Part shown: in pieces, positions 37,801 to 45,930 of the stretch
Layout: each line of letters opens with the position of its first letter
How positions within the stretch are numbered: the stretch's first letter is position 1
IMG/VR virus record: IMGVR_UViG_3300042882_000881
Coordinates: 1-64,000 of that record
DNA length: 64,000 nucleotides
From: a virus
Reading direction: 5' to 3' (one strand)
The notes under the pieces: model-generated
Databases searched by the model: none
What the model was told of the DNA's origin: nothing
What the model saw: only the letters and a program-made list of their open reading frames with translations
Program-made: the position numbers and the translations under genes

Positions 37801-40800
37801 AGATATTTTTGGTCCAGATGGAAAACCAGATATTCCAGCATATGACGATCTTAACAGAGTTAAAGAGGCTCTTCAGAATGGACAACCAACAGAACTAGCA
37901 CAAAAATTAAAATCTATTATGGATTTTGATCCATCATTTATAGATAGAATAAGAGTATTAACAGCCAGACCACAAGAGAATGCTAATCTTTTAGCTGAAA
38001 AACTAAACTCTATCGGATTACCAATTCCAGCATCTAAAATACAAGGAACACGAGGTGGTGGATCAACAAAGGCTTCTAAACTTGGTGTTGCAGAAAAATT
38101 AATAGATGATAATTATGATAATATTTTAGCTGCAATTGCTCAAGGTAAAACAGCTAAACAATATGCTGAATTAAGAGAAATACAAGATGCTGAACAAAGA
38201 GCTGGAGGTATTGCTAATGCAGAAGGAGCAGTACTACAATTAGCCTTGTCTCAACTGGGCGCTCAAGGAGGAACTATAAAAGAAGCTGCTATAGACTTTG
38301 AAAGAGGTCTAGGTTTACAAGCCTCACAAATATTTGGTCTTCCTCCAGATATTCCAACAGAAGTTAAAAGAACTCTTAGTAGCGCTGCTATTGGGCGAGC
38401 AGAAGATGAATTTACTAGATATTTTAAAGAAAACTACGGCCCATTTCCTAAAGGATCTGATGTTTATGGTTTTAATAAAAGTACTGGCTTACCAATAAGT
38501 AAATTTGCTGACGGTGGAGAAGTTTATAGTGCAAAACAATTGGTATCATTAGCCAAGTATAGAACAGGTAACGGCCCTGGAGGTGGAACTAATAGTGAAT
38601 TTATAAATAGATATTTAGAAGATAATGACTCTTTCATGGAATATCTTAAAACTTTCCATGCTGATCCACCCAAAGCGTATGACGCTACAAAGAATGCCGC
38701 AAAAGATTTATTGGAAATGTTTAGTAGCCAAGAATCAATGAGTGGATCAAAACGTTCTGGTAAACTATATTCTACAGTTGCTGGAGGGAAACTAAAGACT
38801 CTTTTAACTCAAATTGGTAATCCATTAAATTCTAATAAAGATATTTCTGATGCTATTGGAAAAACTTTTAATTTAAATGGCTCATTATTATCAACCAGTG
38901 AATCACCAGACACTGCTAGTATGTTCCAGCCAGAAAATGGCTCTAGTGCAATGTTAAGTATTATAAGAAATAAAAATATCCCATCTATTGATGTTGATAA
39001 AACAGTATTTGATACTGCTACAGAAGACGATGTTATAAAAGCTCTATCAAAATACATGGATCCTGTTTCTGGCAAAAGTGGAGCAGATTATCTAAGTAGA
39101 AGTCGCTCAGGCACAAGGTTAGAGAGAGAATTCATTCTACCACCATCTTCAAAATTTAGAATAGATGATATTGATAGAATATATACTAAGGACCAAGAAG
39201 ATAAATTATTAGGTGGAAATATTCGTCATATAGAAGGAATGAAAGTTCAGCAGTTTAAAGATGGAGGAATGGCATTTGGTAAAGAAAATGAATTTGAAAA
39301 AATCAGACAAAAAATATTAAATCAATATCCAGATATTAATTTTAGAATTTCCAGACGAAAGAATGGTTTTGGATACAATATACTAGGCGGACTAAAACAA
39401 GAAGGTAGTAATATTGGTAATTATGCAGAATTTAAGCAAGCTGGTAATCTTTCTAAATTACAAGAAGTTGCTGATAATATGGCGTCCTCTCTGCTATATG
39501 AATATGGTCCAAATATAGATCCGTCTCTTCTCAAAAAGATGCAAAATAAAAGAAAATTTGCAAACGGAGGGTCTGCACAGGATACCGTACCAGCATTATT
39601 GACCCCTGGTGAATTTGTTATCAATAAAAAAGCTGCACAAAAAATTGGATATAGTAAATTACATCAGATGAATAAAGCTGATAAAATACAAGGATATAAT
39701 AAGGGTGGTTCTGTAGGATTAGTTCAAAAATTTGCTGATGGTGGAGACGTTAGGGAAACTCAAGATTGGGCAGATGCATTGCGAGCAATTGGAAATAGTG
39801 CTCTACCAGACTTAGATGATGCTATAGAAGATGTTGCTAAACAATTTGAAGCTCTTGGTAAATTAGATGTGTCTAAAGCTCTTAGGGAAGCTATAGATCC
39901 AAGTCTTAACAGAGATCAACAATCGCGAGCCATAGGAGGAAGTGCAAGAAATACTGCTATATATGAAAATAATTCAGTAAAAGACTCGGCAGGAAATATA
40001 ACAAATGTTAATCCTGGACTAGATGCTCTTGCTGCTAGTATAGAACGTAATATTGAAGCTCAAAAGATTTTTACAATTGAAGCAGAAAGAGCCGGTATAA
40101 GTTTGAAGGATTTTGAGTCCAAAGTTAAATCTCAAAATTTAGAAAAAGCACTATCTGGCATAAATCAAAGACAAGACTCTAGAGGTTTATTAAGAAGAGA
40201 TTTTATCAAATCTAAGCTAACTGGCCTAGACACTCCTGATAAACTATCTGATGCCAGAGACACATTAATTTCTAGCTTATCTGAACTGTTAAAACCAGAT
40301 GAAGTTGAAAAAGCTATTGATGCTATAATTAGTGGAGCAGAAGCTGGTCAAAGTTTAGAAGATGTTGCTAAAACTTCTGACGAAGTTAAGAAAGCTCTTG
40401 ATGCTTCTATAGATAGAACAGAAGCTCTTAGCAAAGCAGAACAAGATTTAATTGATAATTTTGGAGAATTAACTAATAGTGTTAGAATAACAGCAGAAGA
40501 ATTAGCGGCTTTTGAATATAAAAAATCAGGTAGAGCACAAGAAGAATTTGGGATGTTGGGTGGCTTTAATCCTAGTGGAGCATTAGCGTTTAAAAATAGT
40601 AAAACCGGAGGAGGACTATTATCAGCCGCTCAAAACTTCCAACAAACCGCTGGATTAGGCAAATTGCCATTTATAGGGAAAAATATTGGAGTATTTACTA
40701 AAGCTTTAGAAGGTCTTCCTGGTCCAATTGGTAATGCTATTAAATCTATAGGAGGATTACCAGGGGCATTGGCTGCTGTTACATCTATTATTGGTAGTGA

Positions 40801-43800
40801 AGTTATACCACAACTATTAAAAGCTACTAATATGGGAACTAGTGAAATTGGTGCTGGAGTAGGAGGAGCATTAGCTGAAGGAGGTAGCAGAGCAGTTAGC
40901 TTAGGAACAATAGGAAATCAATTAGCAGGACCAATAGGTGGACTAATAGGGTTAGTAACAGGAGCATTATCTGGTGCCATAGATGGTTTTGTTAAAGCAT
41001 TTCAAACTAAAAAATTAGAAAATAGTATAGCTCAATTAGATAAAAGTATAGAACTAGTAGATAAATCATTTGAAAATTTAGCTAAAAAAGATAATTTACA
41101 AAATATTACAGCTGCACAAAAGTCTTTAGGTGGAATTTCCAGTAGTTTTTCTGATTTGAAAACTCAATCAGAAATTAGTCCAATGGAAAGAGCTGCTTCT
41201 GGTGCTTCTACAAGTGCTCTAGTGGCTGGAGGCGCCGCTATTACAGCATTAGTTGCAGTATTAGCTGGTATTCCTACTTTTGGATTCGGAACAGCAGCAG
41301 TATTAGGAACAGCAGCAGTTGTTGGTGGTGTTGCTGGTGGAGTTTATGGCTCAACAATGAGAGCTCCATCTGAATTAGATGATGAAGCACTTCAATCATC
41401 ATTAAGAGCTGCTGAAAAATATATTGAAGGATTGAATAGACTAGCAGAAAGAGATATTAAATTAAAGAGTCTTTCCCAGTTAGAAGAAGTGACTAGTGAG
41501 ATAGATCAAATTAATAAAGATCTTGCTGGTGGTAAAATTGGATCAGCTGATGCTGAAGCATTAAAAAAGAATAAATTTATTGAACTTGGTGCAAAAAGTG
41601 CTCAAATTGAAAATGCTCAAAGAAGCGCTCTTGTTAATAGTGGAATAAATATCAGAGCAGATCAGCCATTAGCTCAACAAATAAATGGTAATGATCAGGC
41701 TATGAAAATTGCGGCGGCAGCAGCAGAACAAGCAGCATACATTGCTGGTATGGATAAGCTTAAAAGGCAATATGGTGATAATAACGCTATGCTTAGGAAA
41801 GAAAGTGCAGACAGGCAAAAGGTCATTGCTCTTGGAAATGAAGAATTAGGTATGCAATCTTATCAAATGGCATCAACAGAAAGATTGATTAGATTAACAA
41901 AAGATATGGCAAAAGAAACAGAAGCTTTAGTAGAAGCTTATAATAGAGCATTAGCTGGTATAGGTCGCTTTAAGAATGAATTAGAAAACTTTGTATTAAA
42001 AACAGAACAAAATGCTTCATTCTTTACTGGTGAAGGTGGAATGGGTCAAACTGATAGAACTCAAGAGCAAATGCTCAGAAATATGACAGCTTATACTGCT
42101 CAAGAATTAGCTCCAGTATTAGATAATGTAACATCGTTGGCAGGAGGTGGTGAACAAGGTAAAAAATTAACTGATAGTATTAAAGCTAGTAAAATTATGC
42201 AAGATATTTTACCAGGAATATTAAGAAATGCTGACGCTAGAAATGTTGGTGATGTAACAGCAAAAGTAGATCAAGCATTAGCTGGACAAGGCATAGGAAA
42301 GACTGTAAGAACAACTCTTGTGGATGAACTTAGAGAATACCTAAAAAAAGAAACTGGCAACAGAAGCGGAGATAGCTTTCAGGAAGTATTAGCCAATTTC
42401 CCTGCACTAGCAGACGCAATAAATACTGCTAAAAAAGCACAAGAAGTTGGAATAGCCATATTAGAAGCTCAAAATGATGCTCTTGATCAGGTTAATAAAC
42501 AACTAGATCAATATAACAAATATTTAAAACAATCATTACAATGGAGCATCAAGGCTGATCAGATACGTTTACAAGGAGCTATTGATCTTGATAGGGCTCT
42601 TGGTCGCACAGTATCACTAGATAGATTAAATGCTCCTATTGAGAACGAAATTAAAGCTTTAAGCGGCATTAATTCATCAGATCCTGTTGCTATAGCCAAT
42701 CAAATCAGAGCAGATCAAGCCAGAGCAGAAGCTATAAATGGTACTAATGGTCAGAGAGGACTAATGGATCAAGCTAAAGCAAGAGGCGAAGCTGGAAAAG
42801 ATGAAGTTGCTAAATTAGCTAAAGAACAAGCTGATCTTGCTAGAGCTTCAAGTAATGCTTACGAAGCTCTTGAAAAACTTGCTACTAGTGGAGATATTGC
42901 ATCTAATGTGTTGAGTAAAATTGAAGAAGAAAGACAATTAGGTAAAAACTTTATAGATTTTGCTAGGAAAGTATCAACACAAACTGCTGAAGAAGCTATT
43001 CGTATGAATAGATCTTTTGCGGCATTCGAACAAACAATTGCTGGTAATATGAATTTTGGTAATAGAGAAAATAGACAATTAGCTTATGAAGGAATGGATA
43101 CTCTACTTCCATTACTAAGAGGATCAACAGAAGGCAATCAAATCATAGCAAGATTTACTAAAAATATGCTTGCTAACCAAGGTGTCGATCTTAATAAGAA
43201 ATTTGGTAATACTGGAAGTACTATTGGAGAATTAATAGATGCTGGTACAACTGGTATTGATCCTGGCACACAAAAATTAATTGATCTATATACCAAAGCT
43301 AAAGATGCCCAAGAACAAGCAGCAAGAGAATTAGCTAATCTTAATGGATCAGCAGCAAATAAGTATCTTGAAAGTACAGCAACAATACTAAATAATCTTT
43401 ATAATAGTTTACCAGCAATCATAGCTAGCGCTCTATTAGATCCTCAAAAAGCGGCTAATGGTCAAGTTCAAGCTCCAGCACTACAAAATAATGCTCAATT
43501 ACCAAATGTTCCTCCTGATCCTAACAAGCCAATTCCAGTTGTTGTGCAAAATGCTCAACAAGCAGGAGGATTAGCTAATGGAGCACCAGTAGTTGGTCAA
43601 AATATTGCTGGGCCAGCCAATGCTCAAGCTTTTAATGCTATGGCCACAACAGTTCCAAAATTAGATCTAACAATGTTAAATACTATTAGAAGTATCGATA
43701 CATTAAATGTTGGAATAGTGAATCTTGGCACAACAGTTAAAGATTTAGCAGATAAATTAGCTGATTCTTCAGCAATGGTTGATGCTATGACAATTTTTGA

Positions 43801-44092
43801 TAAGTCTACCATAGTCTTTGGGTCAAAGGTTGATATTTTTGATAAAGCCACGCTATCTTTTGGATCTTATGTTGACAAATTATCTACTACCGCAGGATTA
43901 CTGAGCGATGCTAAGATTACTATGGGTGGTAATTATACTGTGGATGTTAAGGTTAGTGGAGCAGCAGCATTCCAAGCTATTGAAGAAGGCACACAAAAAC
44001 TAATAGATAAAGAAATTGGATTGGCTATGAGAAAATTAGTGAATAAGATTAAAAAAGTAACCGGCATGGATCTAGACTTAGATAGGAGATGA
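34877..44092 (+). CDS. Tape measure protein (3071 aa) with an internal cassette of enzyme-like cargo domains
   Basis: TP901-type TMP core (FDKQL..LAQAG..A..IATGLRTIFTRI), Ala/Gly-rich hydrophobic helices and coiled coils; central insert with HAD and ART motifs. Confidence 0.92.
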   Translation: MAKTFNLTAQINLQGPANIKPIVAQIRRELGTINTAIDIKFDTKAAKGVDNLSQKIQSLNSILIETTKNSQILASSLNNLGTSIKGLGSIGKVNSSVSKTAQSITSTAKAVKTASSEMEEFGKQSALAVRRFAAFSVVSAGVFSLVNAVRNGTKAFIEFDKQLIRLQQVTGGGSVGIKSLRDEIINLATTLGVSSESLTEVAVTLAQAGLSAKETQQALAALAKTELAPSFDNMTETTEGAIAAMRQFSIETKDLEKVLGSINAVAAAFAVESSDIITAIQRAGGAFAASSKGVSEGADALNEFIAIFTSVRATTRESAETIATGLRTIFTRIQRGSTIDFLREFNVELTDSEGKFVGPYEGVKRLSEVLKTLDPRDLRFSQIVEELGGFRQIGKVIPLIQQFGEAQKALGVAQRGQGSLTDAQVKAQQSLANQIAKVREQFLALSYAVGESQTFKSLFKIVIGLTSGLIKLASVFKPLLPLIATLGIIQGGKALTKFGSGFISGIKKGGGAGGVGTNLGESLSGVNSEKTAIAAEKTASALTDNTKSITTLTAAVESLTQAINSRGPATLNNGGKVMAFARGGSVPGSGNRDTVPAMLMPGEFVIRKKAVEKLGADNLHKMNKYAYGGTVKDLSKYYKSIPTKKGYENLENQPIRDNSIFKEVKPTDLTTDQIEEWRGSDIPRWKKFEYVLSKNYNLGPPAAEQFALLDFPQSRSEAKFMKKGDTYDDYDSIKGNNEATIAAKNFLYENSLLSGKANLKPDQLLTRAIANKPVTTYWADPTKFAAQGLNKGGLIQKFLLGGTVEETSKLENMTVQDSVIAWLKELGGIQGVKDISGVAGNDRSLDSILRLNNIKSGDNTKLSKAIEAVDRALANKTAKKAREAQSINKALKLGIVGLEPLGFSQDRVFDTGFGKAALLLRGLPNSPEYTDLVGKTRAGVAKLSTDLATGFQTATAFGGSQPIALDFDETLVKGADIFGPDGKPDIPAYDDLNRVKEALQNGQPTELAQKLKSIMDFDPSFIDRIRVLTARPQENANLLAEKLNSIGLPIPASKIQGTRGGGSTKASKLGVAEKLIDDNYDNILAAIAQGKTAKQYAELREIQDAEQRAGGIANAEGAVLQLALSQLGAQGGTIKEAAIDFERGLGLQASQIFGLPPDIPTEVKRTLSSAAIGRAEDEFTRYFKENYGPFPKGSDVYGFNKSTGLPISKFADGGEVYSAKQLVSLAKYRTGNGPGGGTNSEFINRYLEDNDSFMEYLKTFHADPPKAYDATKNAAKDLLEMFSSQESMSGSKRSGKLYSTVAGGKLKTLLTQIGNPLNSNKDISDAIGKTFNLNGSLLSTSESPDTASMFQPENGSSAMLSIIRNKNIPSIDVDKTVFDTATEDDVIKALSKYMDPVSGKSGADYLSRSRSGTRLEREFILPPSSKFRIDDIDRIYTKDQEDKLLGGNIRHIEGMKVQQFKDGGMAFGKENEFEKIRQKILNQYPDINFRISRRKNGFGYNILGGLKQEGSNIGNYAEFKQAGNLSKLQEVADNMASSLLYEYGPNIDPSLLKKMQNKRKFANGGSAQDTVPALLTPGEFVINKKAAQKIGYSKLHQMNKADKIQGYNKGGSVGLVQKFADGGDVRETQDWADALRAIGNSALPDLDDAIEDVAKQFEALGKLDVSKALREAIDPSLNRDQQSRAIGGSARNTAIYENNSVKDSAGNITNVNPGLDALAASIERNIEAQKIFTIEAERAGISLKDFESKVKSQNLEKALSGINQRQDSRGLLRRDFIKSKLTGLDTPDKLSDARDTLISSLSELLKPDEVEKAIDAIISGAEAGQSLEDVAKTSDEVKKALDASIDRTEALSKAEQDLIDNFGELTNSVRITAEELAAFEYKKSGRAQEEFGMLGGFNPSGALAFKNSKTGGGLLSAAQNFQQTAGLGKLPFIGKNIGVFTKALEGLPGPIGNAIKSIGGLPGALAAVTSIIGSEVIPQLLKATNMGTSEIGAGVGGALAEGGSRAVSLGTIGNQLAGPIGGLIGLVTGALSGAIDGFVKAFQTKKLENSIAQLDKSIELVDKSFENLAKKDNLQNITAAQKSLGGISSSFSDLKTQSEISPMERAASGASTSALVAGGAAITALVAVLAGIPTFGFGTAAVLGTAAVVGGVAGGVYGSTMRAPSELDDEALQSSLRAAEKYIEGLNRLAERDIKLKSLSQLEEVTSEIDQINKDLAGGKIGSADAEALKKNKFIELGAKSAQIENAQRSALVNSGINIRADQPLAQQINGNDQAMKIAAAAAEQAAYIAGMDKLKRQYGDNNAMLRKESADRQKVIALGNEELGMQSYQMASTERLIRLTKDMAKETEALVEAYNRALAGIGRFKNELENFVLKTEQNASFFTGEGGMGQTDRTQEQMLRNMTAYTAQELAPVLDNVTSLAGGGEQGKKLTDSIKASKIMQDILPGILRNADARNVGDVTAKVDQALAGQGIGKTVRTTLVDELREYLKKETGNRSGDSFQEVLANFPALADAINTAKKAQEVGIAILEAQNDALDQVNKQLDQYNKYLKQSLQWSIKADQIRLQGAIDLDRALGRTVSLDRLNAPIENEIKALSGINSSDPVAIANQIRADQARAEAINGTNGQRGLMDQAKARGEAGKDEVAKLAKEQADLARASSNAYEALEKLATSGDIASNVLSKIEEERQLGKNFIDFARKVSTQTAEEAIRMNRSFAAFEQTIAGNMNFGNRENRQLAYEGMDTLLPLLRGSTEGNQIIARFTKNMLANQGVDLNKKFGNTGSTIGELIDAGTTGIDPGTQKLIDLYTKAKDAQEQAARELANLNGSAANKYLESTATILNNLYNSLPAIIASALLDPQKAANGQVQAPALQNNAQLPNVPPDPNKPIPVVVQNAQQAGGLANGAPVVGQNIAGPANAQAFNAMATTVPKLDLTMLNTIRSIDTLNVGIVNLGTTVKDLADKLADSSAMVDAMTIFDKSTIVFGSKVDIFDKATLSFGSYVDKLSTTAGLLSDAKITMGGNYTVDVKVSGAAAFQAIEEGTQKLIDKEIGLAMRKLVNKIKKVTGMDLDLDRR
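37760..38160 (+). other. HAD-superfamily phosphatase domain inside the TMP
   Basis: IALDFDETLV (motif I), VLTARP (II), K (III) and LIDD (IV). Confidence 0.8.
38519..39250 (+). other. ADP-ribosyltransferase domain (VIP2/C3-like, R-S-E class) inside the TMP
   Basis: Y..FINRYL, KLYST, GKTF..LLSTS and EREFILPPSSKFRI. Confidence 0.75.
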
Positions 44093-45930
44093 TAATGACA
44101 GATTTAACTACTGATAATACAGCAGCCAGAATGTTCTATGTAAAAATGACAGAATCTGCTGGAGAAACAGATAATGAACTTGTTCCATCTCCCAATATTA
44201 ATTTAAGTATAGAAACTTTCTATGCTAATGAGAGCATAATAGGATATACTTATAATATCACCTTAACAGGATATGCGGCCTCAAAACAAGATAGAAATCA
44301 GGATCATGTTCCATCTATCGGCTATGTTGTTGGTAGTATTGCTAAAATACAAAACATATTTGATAATGTTGGAAATGGAGGTAAACTAATAGTTACAACA
44401 CCAGGAACTGGTGCTCCAATGATGATATTTAAAGGAGGTAAAATAAAAAGTATAAATTTTGCCCCTAGTAATAATCAATGGGTTAAATATAGTGAATATA
44501 CTATAGAATTAGAATTTAATGATGTTGAATTATTTGGATGTAATCATGAGACAGTAAAAGGATGCGGTTCAACATTATTTGATGCCGGTAGCAACTCGGA
44601 ATCAACAGGATTGCTCACTGTTCAATCTCAACTTGTTGATCATGGAGCAAATGCTCCTATTGGTTATAAAATCAAAAGCTTTAGTGATAAATTTACTATG
44701 GATTTACAAGACGAAATTTATGACTGGGCTAGAATTGATGATAGTTTAGAATTAAATAATAAAAGATATAATGTTCAGTATACTATAAATGCTGTTGGTC
44801 AACATTATTGGGATGAAACTGGAAATTTATTTCCAGCATGGAAACAAGCTAAAGCATTTTGTCAAGATAGATTAGTTAAACAAATTAATGGTTTGTATAC
44901 TAATATGGCTATGCACTATGCTGGTCCAGAAGAAGAATTTTGTGGAAGCTCTGAAGATTTAACAGAAATTCATAAAATTGAAAGTCCTAGCATACATACT
45001 ACTATTGGGGCGTACAATATATTTGATGAAAAAATTACATTCGGACCTTCAGAATCTGATGGAAGTTTTGAAATCAATTATAGTTCGATCTTAAAACGAA
45101 ATGTTAATACTTGTGTTACACACTCTGATTGTACTCATACATTAAATATAACAAGAGGTGGAACTAAAGAATTTGGTAAACCACAAGCAAGAAGCGCAAC
45201 ACTATCAGGTACAATACAAGGATTATTACGATATACCAATGAGGGTTCAATTATTTGGCCAAACGCCGAAGGATTCAGAATACCAGATAGTCCAAATTCT
45301 ATGGTATTTTTACCACCAAAGGCTGATTTTAAATATAAGTGGAAAGTGGCCAAAGAATTATTAGATAGATTTTTAAATGAATGTTCAGGAGAAATAACAT
45401 GTTCAGCATTAAAAGATATTGTGGTTAAATGTTTGGCACCAAGCTGTTTTCATATTTATCCTGGCCAAGATTCTGTTGATGAATTTAATCCAGCAGATTT
45501 ACTTCCTACTAGCTTCACTATTACACATAACTATGGTCAAGGCTCCATAGATTATTCTGTTGAATTTAGTCCAGAGTCTAGATCAAGGTGTAATGTAACT
45601 ATAAGTACCGAAGAACCAGTTCCAATTACGGCAGAGTTTACTATTCCAGGAAAAGGTATTTATTATCAACCTTTAGGAGGATGTACTCCTAAAAAATGGA
45701 CAATTAATGCTGAAGGATTAGTAGGAACTCCAATGGGATGTAATATGGGTTCTGGAGGAATATCAATTTGTAGTGATCCAATAATAGGATGTGAAGAATA
45801 TATGCCAGATGATAGTCAAGGAACTTATTTACTAATTTCTAAACAGAAAACATATAATCCAATTGATGGATCTTTTAGCTATAATGCTACATGGGTATGT
45901 ACTAATTGCGGTGGATACGGAGGCTGCTGA
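44089..45930 (+). CDS. Tail protein (distal-tail/hub-like), Cys-rich
   Basis: First gene after the TMP; beta-rich; AGGAG RBS (start may be 44095). Confidence 0.6.
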   Translation: MIMTDLTTDNTAARMFYVKMTESAGETDNELVPSPNINLSIETFYANESIIGYTYNITLTGYAASKQDRNQDHVPSIGYVVGSIAKIQNIFDNVGNGGKLIVTTPGTGAPMMIFKGGKIKSINFAPSNNQWVKYSEYTIELEFNDVELFGCNHETVKGCGSTLFDAGSNSESTGLLTVQSQLVDHGANAPIGYKIKSFSDKFTMDLQDEIYDWARIDDSLELNNKRYNVQYTINAVGQHYWDETGNLFPAWKQAKAFCQDRLVKQINGLYTNMAMHYAGPEEEFCGSSEDLTEIHKIESPSIHTTIGAYNIFDEKITFGPSESDGSFEINYSSILKRNVNTCVTHSDCTHTLNITRGGTKEFGKPQARSATLSGTIQGLLRYTNEGSIIWPNAEGFRIPDSPNSMVFLPPKADFKYKWKVAKELLDRFLNECSGEITCSALKDIVVKCLAPSCFHIYPGQDSVDEFNPADLLPTSFTITHNYGQGSIDYSVEFSPESRSRCNVTISTEEPVPITAEFTIPGKGIYYQPLGGCTPKKWTINAEGLVGTPMGCNMGSGGISICSDPIIGCEEYMPDDSQGTYLLISKQKTYNPIDGSFSYNATWVCTNCGGYGGC

